Origin: Candidatus Tenderia sp.
GTDB taxonomy: Bacteria; Pseudomonadota; Gammaproteobacteria; Tenderiales; Tenderiaceae
Direction: 5' to 3'
NCBI GenBank assembly: GCA_031416075.1
Contig: JANOSY010000007.1
Location: 1-39,464 of the forward strand
Length of the DNA: 39,464 bases
Shown: piece after piece, positions 17,907-27,969 of the stretch
Numbering within the stretch: position 1 is the first letter of the stretch
Layout: the number at the start of each line of letters is the position of its first letter
Notes under the pieces: model-generated
Databases searched by the model: none
Seen by the model: only the letters and a program-made list of their open reading frames with translations
Told to the model about the DNA's origin: nothing
Made by a program: the position numbers and the translations under genes

Positions 17907-19331
17907 TTATCCCCGCAGACGAAAAATACGTCTGATCCATTTTTTGGCCGTGGGGGTTAGCCCCTCTTTCAATCGGGCGTCGGCGACGCGGCGGTTGATC
18001 TGGGCCAGTGAGGGGTAGATGTGTATGACGCCTGACAGATCCGCCGTCTTCATCCCTTTGGCAATGGCCAGCACATACTCATGGATCAGTTCTCCGGCAT
18101 TGGCACCGGCAATGGCGGCACCGAGCAGTTTACCTTTGGGGGTGGTGATGATCTTGGCCATGCCCTCATGGATATCATCGGTACGGGCGCGGTCGATCTC
18201 CGCCAGGGGAAAGGTGTAGACGCGGTGGTCGATATTGGCGGTTTTGGCTTCGGTCTCCGAAAGGCCCACCCGGGCCAGCTCTGGGTCGGTAAAGGTGGCC
18301 CAGGGGATAACACGCTGTTCGATCTTGGCCGGTAGCCGGAAGAGGGTGTTGCGGAGTACCACGCCAGCGTGATGTTCGGCCATGTGGGTGAACTGCCCCC
18401 CTGCCACGTCGCCCGCCGCAAAGATCCTTCTGTTGCTGGTACGGAGCCGCTGGTCGAGCAGGATGCGCCCCTTTTCCACCGTTACACCGGCGCTCTCGAG
18501 GCCTAAGTTTTCAATATTGGCGTTGCGACCTGCCGCCAGCAGCAGGTGGGTGCTCTGTATTGTCCGTTCGATACCTTGATGGTTGCGCACCGTCAGTCGG
18601 ATATCCCCCGCTTGACCGTCGACACCCACCGGTGTGTGGCCGGTCAGTAGCTCGACCCCTTCATCGGCCAGCCGTTTGGCGATGATGGCCGCGAGGTCGG
18701 CGTCCTCCCGTGGTAGCAGTTGGTCACCGCGCTGCACCACCGTGACCTTGCTGCCAAGCCGGACAAAGGCCTGTCCCATCTCCAACCCAATCGGGCCACC
18801 ACCAATGATTGTGAGGCTGGGTACCGGTTCGCGCAGATTGAAAATCTGCTCGTTGGTGAGGTAGGGGACGTTTTCAATGCCAAGGATGGCGGGAATGGCC
18901 GGTCGGGAGCCGGTGGCGATCACAAAGTGGCGGGCGCGAATCCTTTTGCCATGGACCACAAAGCTTTCGGGGGTGGTAAAGGCACCACTGCCGCTGATTA
19001 CCTCTACCCCCAAGCTACGAAACCGCTCCGGGCTGTCATGGGGTTCAATGGTTTTGATGACCGCTGCAATACGTTCCATTACCTTTGCCAGATCAATCTC
19101 AGGTGTGTGTGAGGTGAGGCCGACGTTACCTGCAGTACGCAAGGTATGGGCTGTTTTGGCGGCGTGCAGCAGACTTTTGCTGGGAATGCAGCCGTAGTGC
19201 AGGCAGTCACCGCCCATTTTATGTTTTTCCACCAGCACCACTTTGGCCCCGAGGGTGGCCCCGCCAGCGGCGGCTACCAGTCCGGCGGCACCGCCACCGA
19301 TGATACAAAGGTCATACTCTGTCTGGCTCAT
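17907..19331 (-). CDS. Pyridine nucleotide-disulfide oxidoreductase (LPD/MerA-like)
   Basis: GGGAAG, GGDCLHYGCIPSK, GGGPIGLE, FTDPE, IHIYP; no C-terminal Cys-Cys. Confidence 0.9.
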   Translation of the reverse strand: MSQTEYDLCIIGGGAAGLVAAAGGATLGAKVVLVEKHKMGGDCLHYGCIPSKSLLHAAKTAHTLRTAGNVGLTSHTPEIDLAKVMERIAAVIKTIEPHDSPERFRSLGVEVISGSGAFTTPESFVVHGKRIRARHFVIATGSRPAIPAILGIENVPYLTNEQIFNLREPVPSLTIIGGGPIGLEMGQAFVRLGSKVTVVQRGDQLLPREDADLAAIIAKRLADEGVELLTGHTPVGVDGQAGDIRLTVRNHQGIERTIQSTHLLLAAGRNANIENLGLESAGVTVEKGRILLDQRLRTSNRRIFAAGDVAGGQFTHMAEHHAGVVLRNTLFRLPAKIEQRVIPWATFTDPELARVGLSETEAKTANIDHRVYTFPLAEIDRARTDDIHEGMAKIITTPKGKLLGAAIAGANAGELIHEYVLAIAKGMKTADLSGVIHIYPSLAQINRRVADARLKEGLTPTAKKWIRRIFRLRG

Positions 19332-19519
19332 GGACTATCCTTAAGGTGTTTACGGTGATAGGTATCGGTTACTGATGAGTGATATGTAGTTGATTTGTCG
19401 TCATAACACGGTAAGCCTTGCAGAAAGGGTAGCAAAACCGGGTAAAATTGAAGGTGGGGCTTTAGCCGTTGCCCGCATGGAGTAAAATACGGCCTCCTGT
19501 ACAACACACTATATGAGAG

Positions 19520-20740
19520 ATGATCAAAGTGGCATCACTAAAATCCAAGGAAGGGGTTACAGAGCCAATAAATCTTAAAGCTTATTTGAGATTTGTGGTT
19601 AAACAAGAGGCAACGGATCTGTTCATTACCGTGGGCATGCCGCCCAGCCTGAAGATCGACGGCGTATTGAGACCGCTGGGAGACCGGCCCCTCAGTAGTC
19701 AGCAGGTCGAGGTGCTGGTGTATGGCGTCATGCCACCTCATCAGCGCCGCATCTTTGAGGAGGAGCTTGAATCCAATTTTGCGATTCATGATCAGGGTAT
19801 CGGCCGTTTCCGTGTCAACGTGTTTCGTCAGCAGAATGATGTGGGCATGGTCATTCGCCGCATCAAAAGTGATATCCCCACCTTTGAGATGTTGCGTCTG
19901 CCGGAGCGGTTTGAAGAGCTCTCCATGGCCAAACGTGGCTTGGTGATTATAGTGGGCGCAACCAGTTCGGGTAAATCCTCGACACTTGCCTCGATGATCG
20001 GCTACCGTAACGGCAATAGTGATGGTCACATTGTGACGGTGGAGGACCCGGTGGAGTATGTACATCAACACCGCCGCAGCATTGTGACTCAGCGCGAGGT
20101 GGGTATTGATACCCATAGTTTTGACAAGGCACTCAGAAATACCCTGCGCCAGTCCCCTGATGTGGTGATGATCGGTGAGGTTCGCAGCCGTGAAACCATG
20201 GAACATGCCCTCACCTTTGCCGATACCGGCCATCTGGTACTGACCACACTCCACGCCACCAATGCCAATCAGGCCCTTGATCGTATCATCAACTTTTTCC
20301 CTGAAGATCGCCGTCAACAGCTGTTGATGGATCTGTCGTTGAACCTGAAGGCGATTGTGGCACAACGGCTGGTGCCACATATCAGTGGCACAGGGCGGCG
20401 CGTGGCGGTGGAGCTGATGCTGAATACGCCGCTGGTCGCGGATATTATCCTGCGAGGTGAGTTCCACCTGTTGCGTGAGGCGATGAAAAAGAGCCAGCAG
20501 GGGATGAAGGATTTTGACCACGCCTTGTTTGAACTCTATCAGGCCGGCGAGATCAGCCATGAAGAGGCGATTCACTATGCCGATTCAGCCAATGAGGTGC
20601 GGTTGATGATCAAGCTGGGCAAGGGAATGACCCCAGAGCTGGAGTTTGCGATGAAAGGCATGGCGCTGGAAAATGAGGCGGATACCAACCCTGGCGCGAT
20701 GGTGGGACGTAAAAACAGACGTCCCACTGAGGTTGCTTAG
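19520..20740 (+). CDS. pilU: Type IV pilus retraction ATPase PilU
   Basis: GATSSGKS, EDPVEY, QREVG.DT, TGHL...TLHA.NANQALDRIINFFPE, ADSANEVRL. Confidence 0.9.
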   Translation: MIKVASLKSKEGVTEPINLKAYLRFVVKQEATDLFITVGMPPSLKIDGVLRPLGDRPLSSQQVEVLVYGVMPPHQRRIFEEELESNFAIHDQGIGRFRVNVFRQQNDVGMVIRRIKSDIPTFEMLRLPERFEELSMAKRGLVIIVGATSSGKSSTLASMIGYRNGNSDGHIVTVEDPVEYVHQHRRSIVTQREVGIDTHSFDKALRNTLRQSPDVVMIGEVRSRETMEHALTFADTGHLVLTTLHATNANQALDRIINFFPEDRRQQLLMDLSLNLKAIVAQRLVPHISGTGRRVAVELMLNTPLVADIILRGEFHLLREAMKKSQQGMKDFDHALFELYQAGEISHEEAIHYADSANEVRLMIKLGKGMTPELEFAMKGMALENEADTNPGAMVGRKNRRPTEVA

Positions 20741-21426
20741 TCGCTGACCACGGCGGCTTGATAGCGCAGGTTAAACTCTTTGGCGAGGTGGGTCCCCGCC
20801 TCGCATATCGCCTCTGTGGCACTGATATAGAACTCCACCGTCTCAAGTGGCGGCTGTTCGAGCCAGTGGCGTGCCAGGGTGAGCACGTCGCCACCAAAAC
20901 AGCCGGGGGGTTCGTCGATGTGGGCGATACGGCCAGGCACTGACCAATCCTCCAGCAGCGGCATGGTGGCAATAACCCCAGCGGGCAGACCATCAACCAT
21001 GATGCGTGACGGGGCCGGGCGGAAGGGGAGGGTATCGTTGAAACCTAGCAGTACCAGCAGGGAGTGGCTGCGTGTCTGTTTTAGCTGTTCCGCCAGAAAG
21101 GTCATGGCGGCGAGCCCCAGTGAATCACCTATCAGCAGGGCTGTTATTGGGGCGTTGGGTAGGGTAAACGGTTTGCCCACCGCTTCAACCTGAAGGGTGT
21201 CGCCGGTACTCCACGGCAGGGGTGTTCGGGCCAATAGCTCCACCCACTGCTGATTGTGAGGGCAGCGCATGACGGGCAATATCCGCCCTTCAATGCGCAG
21301 CTGCTGACCACTGGAGATGGTCTGGCTCATCTGTGGCAGATGCAGCCGTAACAGTGAGTAACCGCCCGGCAGCGTTGTGTTGTTTGATACTCGGCCCATC
21401 TCATGTTCTGGGGGTGTGGTGTTCAT
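20737..21426 (-). CDS. PyrK-like (dihydroorotate dehydrogenase electron-transfer subunit-like) protein without Fe-S motif
   Basis: VGKPF, LLIGDSLG, PFRPAPS, MPLLEDW, PGCF; downstream of the pyr genes on the same strand. Confidence 0.65.
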   Translation of the reverse strand: MNTTPPEHEMGRVSNNTTLPGGYSLLRLHLPQMSQTISSGQQLRIEGRILPVMRCPHNQQWVELLARTPLPWSTGDTLQVEAVGKPFTLPNAPITALLIGDSLGLAAMTFLAEQLKQTRSHSLLVLLGFNDTLPFRPAPSRIMVDGLPAGVIATMPLLEDWSVPGRIAHIDEPPGCFGGDVLTLARHWLEQPPLETVEFYISATEAICEAGTHLAKEFNLRYQAAVVSD

Positions 21427-21559
21427 GGAGATACCTGTCTGGTGGCGCGGAGGCGCTACGCCTGTCACCAGGGATTGTATCCCCTTTAATATTGCCCGTG
21501 TCAGTGTGGGACTCAAAGCCTGACTGTCGCTCTCCAAAACGGATGGTTAATAGAGCCTT

Positions 21560-22216
21560 ATGGTGCCAGTTCTCTACTCATTCAGACGTTGTCCCTACGC
21601 CATTCGCGCCCGTCTGGCGCTGCAGGTGAGCGGCATCTCTTATGAATTGCGTGAAATCCAGTTGCGTGACAAACCACCAGCGCTGCTGGCGGCATCGCCT
21701 AAAGGCAGTGTGCCGGTATTGGTGCTGCCGGGGGGGCGGGTGGTGGACGAGAGCTGGGATATTATGTGCTGGGCATTGCAACAGCATGATCCCGACCACT
21801 GGTTGGGGGATGACGGCGGCTACCTGACTGAGGCGGCGGTGGTGTTGGAGGCGAATGATGGTCGTTTTAAGGCGGCGCTGGACCGTTATAAATATGCGGA
21901 CCGTTATCCTGAACAGCCCGCCACTTTTTACCGGGCCGAAGGTGAGTGTTTTTTACAGCAGCTGGAGGGGTTGTTGCTGGCCCATCGTTATCTGTTGGGT
22001 GATCAACTTTCTATTGCTGATATGGCGGTACTGCCCTTTATCCGGCAGTTTGCCGGGGTGGAGTCGTTGTGGTTCCGGGAGTCACCTTATCCACGGCTGC
22101 GTGATTGGAGTGAGCGGCTGCTTAGCTCGCCGCTGTTTGAAGCGGTTATGCAAAAGTATCCGGTGTGGCAGAGTGGCAATGGTGCGGTTGTTATTTCAGG
22201 AGGAGTGGCGCGATGA
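21560..22216 (+). CDS. Glutathione S-transferase family protein
   Basis: LYSFRRCPYAIRAR, SPKGSVPVL, LDRYKY, PFIRQFA. Confidence 0.93.
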   Translation: MVPVLYSFRRCPYAIRARLALQVSGISYELREIQLRDKPPALLAASPKGSVPVLVLPGGRVVDESWDIMCWALQQHDPDHWLGDDGGYLTEAAVVLEANDGRFKAALDRYKYADRYPEQPATFYRAEGECFLQQLEGLLLAHRYLLGDQLSIADMAVLPFIRQFAGVESLWFRESPYPRLRDWSERLLSSPLFEAVMQKYPVWQSGNGAVVISGGVAR

Positions 22217-22404
22217 GTGGACTTGATGAGCAGTCGGTACAGTGCCCCTATTGTGGGGAGATGATCGATGTCCTGATCGACTGTTCCGTACCGCAGCAGC
22301 GTTATATCGAAGATTGTCAGGTCTGCTGCCAGCCGATCAATTTTGATGTGTCGGTGGACCAGGAGGGGGCGGCAGCGGTATGGGTTACCCATGACAACGA
22401 GTAA
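22213..22404 (+). CDS. CPXCG-motif cysteine-rich small protein
   Basis: CPYCGE...YIEDCQVCCQPI; ATGA overlap with the GST gene. Confidence 0.9.
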   Translation: MSGLDEQSVQCPYCGEMIDVLIDCSVPQQRYIEDCQVCCQPINFDVSVDQEGAAAVWVTHDNE

Positions 22405-22442
22405 CCCCAGACCCCGCCCGTCCTTCCGGTATTACGCTGCTA

Positions 22443-23723
22443 TTACTCTGCCGCGTTGTAGACCAGCTGGCCGTTAATCAATGTCTGTGTGACCCGTCCC
22501 TTCAGCTCCCAGCCAAAGAAGGGGGTGTTGCGCCCACGGCTGAGCATGGTCTCTTTTGAGAGTGACCAGTACTGTTCTGCATCGACAACAATCAGGTCGG
22601 CAGCGCTGCCCACGCTGAGTGTGCCGGCATCGATACCGAGAATACGTGCCGGCTCCACGGTGACACGGGCGATGGCCTCACTGAGGCTGATGCGGCACTC
22701 ATCCACCAGGCGTAGTGTCAGTGGCAGCAGGGTCTCCAGCGCCGAGATACCGCTGGCGGATTCGCGGAAGGGGTTCAGCTTGGCATCGTTTTCGTGGGGC
22801 TGATGGTCGGAGCAGATCGCGCTGATGCTCCCCTTACGTACCGCCTCACGCAGCCCCTGCATGTCGCGCTGGCTGCGTAGGGGGGGGCGCACGTGGCACT
22901 GGCTATCAAACTCCCCCACATCCATATCGGTCAGGTAGAGCTGGTGGGCGCTGACATCGGCGGTCACGGCCAGGCCATCATACTGGGCACGGGCGATCAT
23001 CTGCGCCGCCTTGGCGGTGGAGATGCGGCAGAAGTGGGCGCGCACGCCGGTATCGGCAATCAGTGCCAGATCGCGGGCGACGGCGACCGTTTCGGCTGCT
23101 TCAGAGATGCCGGGTAGGCCAAGGCGGGTGCTGATGGCCCCTTCGTGCATACAGCCGCTGTTACGCAGGCTGGGGTCTTCGGCAAACAGGAAGATGGTCA
23201 GGTCGAAGGTGGCGGCGTACTCCATAATCCGTTTCATGATTAACGGATTTTTGATCGGAATCATGGCGTTGCTGATACCGACACAGCCTGCCTCTTTCAA
23301 TGCCCCCATCTCACTCAGCAGTTCACCCTCCAGATCACGGCTGGCGGCACCGATGCAGTGCACGTTGCTGTAACCGGCCCGCTCACTGCGCTGGCGGATC
23401 AGTTTAATGACGGCGGGGGTGTCGATGACCGGGTCTGTATCCGGTGGGCAGGCCAGCGTGGTAATGCCAGAGAGTGCGGCGGCACGGGTCTCGCTGGCGA
23501 TGGTCGCCTTGTGTTCATAGCCGGGTTCGCGCAGTCGGGCCGAGAGGTCAACAAGGCCGGGGCAGACCAGTTTGCCGCCGGCATCAATCTCTTGATCCGC
23601 CGTAAAACCGGCCAGGGTATTGCCGATGGCGGCAATCTTGCCATCGCTGATGTAGACGTTGGCGACGGTATCGCGTTTGTTGGCGGGGTCAACCACGTGA
23701 CCATTTTTGATCAGAATACGCAT
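22443..23723 (-). CDS. pyrC: Dihydroorotase-like protein (probably the non-catalytic PyrC'/PyrX partner of ATCase)
   Basis: PGLVDLSARLREPG (HxH replaced), PPLR, SDHQPH, NTPF; follows pyrB. Confidence 0.9.
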   Translation of the reverse strand: MRILIKNGHVVDPANKRDTVANVYISDGKIAAIGNTLAGFTADQEIDAGGKLVCPGLVDLSARLREPGYEHKATIASETRAAALSGITTLACPPDTDPVIDTPAVIKLIRQRSERAGYSNVHCIGAASRDLEGELLSEMGALKEAGCVGISNAMIPIKNPLIMKRIMEYAATFDLTIFLFAEDPSLRNSGCMHEGAISTRLGLPGISEAAETVAVARDLALIADTGVRAHFCRISTAKAAQMIARAQYDGLAVTADVSAHQLYLTDMDVGEFDSQCHVRPPLRSQRDMQGLREAVRKGSISAICSDHQPHENDAKLNPFRESASGISALETLLPLTLRLVDECRISLSEAIARVTVEPARILGIDAGTLSVGSAADLIVVDAEQYWSLSKETMLSRGRNTPFFGWELKGRVTQTLINGQLVYNAAE

Positions 23724-24706
23724 CAGGCGGCCCCCCCTTCGCCAGCGCTGGCGTGGCTGCCCATGCACATCGACATTATCGCCATGCGTATGGCGATGCC
23801 GTTAGTCACCTGTTGCAGGATCACCGACTGCGGTCCGTCGGCAACACTTGATTCAATCTCAACCCCGCGATTGATAGGGCCGGGGTGCATCACAATGGCG
23901 TCCGGTTTGGCGGCTGCCAGGGTCGATTCAGTGAGGCCGTAGAGCTGGAAGTACTCATGTTCGCTGGGCAGCATAGCTCCTTCCATCCGTTCGTTCTGCA
24001 GCCGCAGCATGATGACCACATCCACACCCTCCAGCCCTTTGATGAGGTTGTGATAGACATGCACACCAAGGCTTTCGACATCCTTGGGCAGTAACGTTTT
24101 AGGCCCGATGACCCTGACTTCGCTGACCCCCAGGGTGGTGAGGGCGTGGATCTGTGAACGGGCGACACGGGAGTGGAGAATATCGCCGACAATGGCCACT
24201 TTGAGGGGGTAAAAGTCCCCTTTGACCTGACGGATGGTGTACATATCGAGCATCGCTTGGGTTGGGTGGGCGTGGCGACCATCGCCAGCATTGATCACGC
24301 TGATGTGGGGTGCCACATGGCGGGCGATGAAGTGGGCAGCACCACTCTCTTCATGGCGCACCACAAACATATCGCAGTGCATCGCTTCAAGATTGTGCAG
24401 GGTATCGAGCAGTGTCTCCCCTTTTTTGGCGGCGGAGGCGGCGATGTTCAGATTGATCACATCGGCCGAGAGTCGTTTGGCCGCCAGCTCAAAGGTGGTG
24501 CGGGTGCGGGTGCTGGCCTCGAAAAAGAGGTTGACCACGGTTTTGCCACGCAACAGCGGGACCTTTTTGACCTGCTGGTCAACAACCCCCGCCATGGATT
24601 CGGCGGTATCAAGGATGTCGATCAACATCTGCCGTTTGAGCCCTTCAATGGTAAGGAAGTGGCGCAGCCGCCCGCTTTGGTCCAGCTGGAGATTGGTACG
24701 AATCAT
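23723..24706 (-). CDS. pyrB: Aspartate carbamoyltransferase catalytic subunit
   Basis: [28 protein letters not shown]. Confidence 0.97.
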   Translation of the reverse strand: MIRTNLQLDQSGRLRHFLTIEGLKRQMLIDILDTAESMAGVVDQQVKKVPLLRGKTVVNLFFEASTRTRTTFELAAKRLSADVINLNIAASAAKKGETLLDTLHNLEAMHCDMFVVRHEESGAAHFIARHVAPHISVINAGDGRHAHPTQAMLDMYTIRQVKGDFYPLKVAIVGDILHSRVARSQIHALTTLGVSEVRVIGPKTLLPKDVESLGVHVYHNLIKGLEGVDVVIMLRLQNERMEGAMLPSEHEYFQLYGLTESTLAAAKPDAIVMHPGPINRGVEIESSVADGPQSVILQQVTNGIAIRMAIMSMCMGSHASAGEGGAA

Positions 24707-24724
24707 GGGCTGTTTTATTCTCGT

Positions 24725-25234
24725 TTAACTGTTTTTTTCGCTGATCTGCAGCGACAGAGGTTCAGGTCCCTGAAGCTTGACGTTTTTGTTGTCTGATAGC
24801 TCCATTTTGATGCCCACCACATTGGCTTCGATGGGCAGTTCACGTCCACCCCGGTCGATGAGTGTGACCAGTGTGACGCTGGCGGGGCGGCCATAATCGA
24901 AGATCTCATTGAGGGCGGCGCGGATGGTGCGACCGGTGTAGAGCACATCGTCAACCAGAATGATGTGGCGGTCATCAATGTTAAAAGGGATCTGCGAGGG
25001 TTTGACCTGGGGGTTCATGCCGATACGGCTGAAGTCATCACGGTAGAAGGATATGTCGAGGTGCCCCAGCGGCTCGCTGATGTTCATCAGCGGGTGCAGC
25101 CGTTCAGCGACCCAGACCCCACCGGAGTGGATGCCGATCATTACAGCATCGGTTGCGCCGCGCTGCTCCAGATAGGCCGCTGTCTCGGTGGCAAGACGGG
25201 TCAGGGTGTTATCGATATCCATGGGGTCTGTCAT
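24725..25234 (-). CDS. pyrR: PyrR regulator / uracil phosphoribosyltransferase
   Basis: LDISFYRDD, LVDDVLYTGRT, DRGGRELPI. Confidence 0.95.
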   Translation of the reverse strand: MTDPMDIDNTLTRLATETAAYLEQRGATDAVMIGIHSGGVWVAERLHPLMNISEPLGHLDISFYRDDFSRIGMNPQVKPSQIPFNIDDRHIILVDDVLYTGRTIRAALNEIFDYGRPASVTLVTLIDRGGRELPIEANVVGIKMELSDNKNVKLQGPEPLSLQISEKNS

Positions 25235-25344
25235 GGTGCTCTCCGGCGCAGGTAGGTGGCTATTGTAACGGCTTAGCTACAATCCTAAAACCAGCAATTG
25301 CAGGTGCTATTAAATCATGGGTGGTGATTGGCAAGGGGGCTGGA

Positions 25345-25800
25345 CTATTGGCCTAACCAGCTTTTCAGGATCAACTCGGCGGCAATCTGATCGATCGACT
25401 CTTTGCTCTTCTGGCGTCTCATCTGCCCCTGGCGGCGGGCCTCCACAATAATCTCTTCCGCTTGGCTGGAGGTCAGACGCTCGTCTACCAGCTCCACCGG
25501 ACGGTTAAAACGGCCATGCAGCTGGTTGGAGAAACGCCGCGCCAGACGGCTCACCTCATGTTCTGTACCGTCGGCGTTGAGTGGTAGACCCACAATAATC
25601 AGATGGGGCAGCCACTCCTTGATCAACCGTTCGATATGGGGCCAGTCGATCAGTTGATTATGGACGTTCACAGTGGTGAGTGGCCGGGTGGTACTGGTGA
25701 ACTCCTGGCCAACGGCCACCCCAATGCGTTTGCGGCCATAGTCAAACCCCAGCAGCGTACGCTGGCCAACGTTGTCGGGTTTGGGATCAGGCATGTCCAA
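25345..25800 (-). CDS. ruvX: YqgF/RuvX nuclease
   Basis: LGFDYG.KRIGVAVG, VGLP, VDERLTS, D..AA.LIL. Confidence 0.95.
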   Translation of the reverse strand: MDMPDPKPDNVGQRTLLGFDYGRKRIGVAVGQEFTSTTRPLTTVNVHNQLIDWPHIERLIKEWLPHLIIVGLPLNADGTEHEVSRLARRFSNQLHGRFNRPVELVDERLTSSQAEEIIVEARRQGQMRRQKSKESIDQIAAELILKSWLGQ

Positions 25801-26350
25801 CCTCGTCAGAGAGCCGGGTCAGGTCAACCCCCAGCAGTGCCGCCGCCGCACGCCAGCGCTGCTCAGCAGGCAGGTTGAAGATGATGTTGGCGTCGGCAGG
25901 AACGTTCAGCCAGGCGTTTTGGGCCAGCTCATCCTCCAGTTGGCCGGCTCCCCAGCCGGCATAACCGAGGGCGATGAGCCGATCTTTGGGTTGGTCATGG
26001 TGGGCGATGTGGCTAAGGATGTCGCTGGAGGCGGTAAGTGCAATCTCTTTTGAGACCAACGTCATGCCTTGCCACAGCTGTTCCGGGCGGTGAAGCACAA
26101 ACCCGTGGTTGGGTTGCACCGGTCCGCCAAAATAGATCGCATCTTTTGTAAATGCGGGGTTGTTGTGGGTGATATCCAGTTGCGTAAAAATTTCGCTTAA
26201 CGGGATGTCGAGTGGGCGGTTGATCATGACCCCCATCGCACCTTCGGCGTCGTGCTGACAGATATAGGTCACACTATGGAAAAAATGGCGATCCTGGAGC
26301 TGCGGCATGGCAATTAAAAAATGGTTGGTCAGGCAGATGGCGTCGTTCAT
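25787..26350 (-). CDS. yqgE: YqgE/AlgH family protein
   Basis: FLIAMP, GGPV, GFVLH, LGYAGW..GQLE.E. Confidence 0.95.
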   Translation of the reverse strand: MNDAICLTNHFLIAMPQLQDRHFFHSVTYICQHDAEGAMGVMINRPLDIPLSEIFTQLDITHNNPAFTKDAIYFGGPVQPNHGFVLHRPEQLWQGMTLVSKEIALTASSDILSHIAHHDQPKDRLIALGYAGWGAGQLEDELAQNAWLNVPADANIIFNLPAEQRWRAAAALLGVDLTRLSDEVGHA

Positions 26351-26397
26351 AAATATCCATATTGTTGGGTGACCGGGCCGTAACCGGGACGGGCGAC

Positions 26398-27285
26398 TTA
26401 TTTGGTGCTCAAACCAGTGCTGCCAGATTCAAATACCCAGGTACGGGTGATGTGCAGTATGTCGGTGTCTTGGCGCATGGCGGTGGGCAGGGCGGCAAAC
26501 GGGGCGGCAGAACGAACAATACGTACAGCGGCGTCGTCCAGCAGCTTCTGCCCGGAGCTTCGCAGGACATCAACATGGCGGATGGTGCCATCGACATTGA
26601 TGGCGACGTCGAGCACCAGAATCCCGGAGATGCGGCGCAGTTTGGCCTCTTCGGGGTAGTTTAAATTACCGATGTATTCGACTCTGCGCCGCCAGCCATC
26701 CAGATACTCGGCGTCGCGAAACTCTTTGGTATTGGCGCTGATGGTGCGGTGTTTCAACCGTTTTGAGTAGATTGCCTGTGAATCGGCTATCTCGGCGCTA
26801 AGGCGGGCGATCTCCTGGCCCCGCATCATCAGCTGGGCAGCGGTGGTCTGGCTGGCCTGATCACGGTCGGGGTTGTCCTGATTCTGCACCTGGTACTCAC
26901 CTAAATAGGTACTTAATACCTCCTGTTGCCCCGCTTTATTGTTGGCTACCTGGAGTGGCTGCATGAGATCGGCATTGCCTTCAACAGGTATGGGCGAGTT
27001 TGATGCGGCCCGCTGGGTGGTGGGGCGGCTACGTTCCTGGGTATTACCGCCCCCTTCATGGGCGGACTGACCGAGGAAGTCCGCCTCTTCATTTTTCTTG
27101 TTAGTATCGTTCGGTTCAACCAGTATCACCTCAAGGGTGGGGGGGGCATCGTCAGCGGCGGGGGGATCGAGCATCTCAAAATTAATGCCAAGAATGACCA
27201 GGGCATTAAAGGCCAGCGATAGGAATATCGTAAAGGCCAGACGGTCTTTGGAGGATACGGTGGGGCTATTGATTGCTGTGCTCAT
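26398..27285 (-). CDS. TonB family energy transducer
   Basis: N-terminal TM; C-terminal LNYPEEA, SSG..LLD.AA..IV..AAPF, ITRTW. Confidence 0.88.
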   Translation of the reverse strand: MSTAINSPTVSSKDRLAFTIFLSLAFNALVILGINFEMLDPPAADDAPPTLEVILVEPNDTNKKNEEADFLGQSAHEGGGNTQERSRPTTQRAASNSPIPVEGNADLMQPLQVANNKAGQQEVLSTYLGEYQVQNQDNPDRDQASQTTAAQLMMRGQEIARLSAEIADSQAIYSKRLKHRTISANTKEFRDAEYLDGWRRRVEYIGNLNYPEEAKLRRISGILVLDVAINVDGTIRHVDVLRSSGQKLLDDAAVRIVRSAAPFAALPTAMRQDTDILHITRTWVFESGSTGLSTK

Positions 27286-27292
27286 ATCGCTA

Positions 27293-27808
27293 TTAACGGC
27301 CTGCCTTGATTCGCACAATAATTTGATGGGCAATTATGCCACTTGTCAGGCCAAAAAAAACCGCCATGCTCATTAGAACGGGTAATAGTCGCAGTAATCC
27401 CTCATGGGGGATGAAAAATAGCCAGGCGGTGAAAAATTGCGCCGCCATATGGGCCATGGCCGCTAGCAGGCTATAACCAACCGCGCCAAACTCAATGCCG
27501 GGCAGGCGACTGGCCAGCCCCAGTACCGCGATGCTGGCGCTGGCCCCGGCCAGGCTTAAGGCAAATGTGGGGGAGAGAAACGTACCGATGAGCAGCGACC
27601 CTACCAGCACTCTCAACAGCGATACCCAGACGGCAGTATGCCAGCCATACTGCATCAGACAGACGATGGTGATGATGTTGGCCAGCCCCGGTTTGGCACC
27701 GGGAATGGGGGTGGGCAGGACGCTTTCAGCGATATGAATGGCGATAGCCAGCGCGGCCAGCCAGGCAATGCGGTGATCCTCTTGGGTGGTCTGGAGGGTG
27801 AGTTTCAT
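27293..27808 (-). CDS. Gx transporter / heptaprenyl diphosphate synthase component I family membrane protein
   Basis: ES.LP.PIPGAKPGLANI, LSLAG, H...Q. Confidence 0.85.
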   Translation of the reverse strand: MKLTLQTTQEDHRIAWLAALAIAIHIAESVLPTPIPGAKPGLANIITIVCLMQYGWHTAVWVSLLRVLVGSLLIGTFLSPTFALSLAGASASIAVLGLASRLPGIEFGAVGYSLLAAMAHMAAQFFTAWLFFIPHEGLLRLLPVLMSMAVFFGLTSGIIAHQIIVRIKAGR

Positions 27809-27969
27809 TAAAATTGTATGGTTAGGATTGATGGTAGTGGATTGATTATACGGTGATAGTGCTATTCATCGGCCACAAATACCGAATCTTTGGCGCTGTG
27901 CTGGCTCAAGTTCAGCCCGGCGAGGACGAAATCCATAGTGACAATTGTTTTGCAAAAAGGATTTTTACT

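Noticed and set aside
17907-19331. Mercuric reductase merA
   Set aside because: No C-terminal Cys-Cys pair, no NmerA domain and no mer genes nearby
19409-19450. c-di-GMP-I riboswitch-like words upstream of pilU (GGTAAGCC..GAAA..GCAAAACC)
   Set aside because: The required stems and second hairpin cannot be built; Rfam RF01051 would be decisive
19538-20575. 345-aa antisense ORF over pilU and other long shadow ORFs (e.g. 14304-15146, 9397-10059)
   Set aside because: They overlap well-supported genes, lack motifs, and are expected in GC-rich coding DNA
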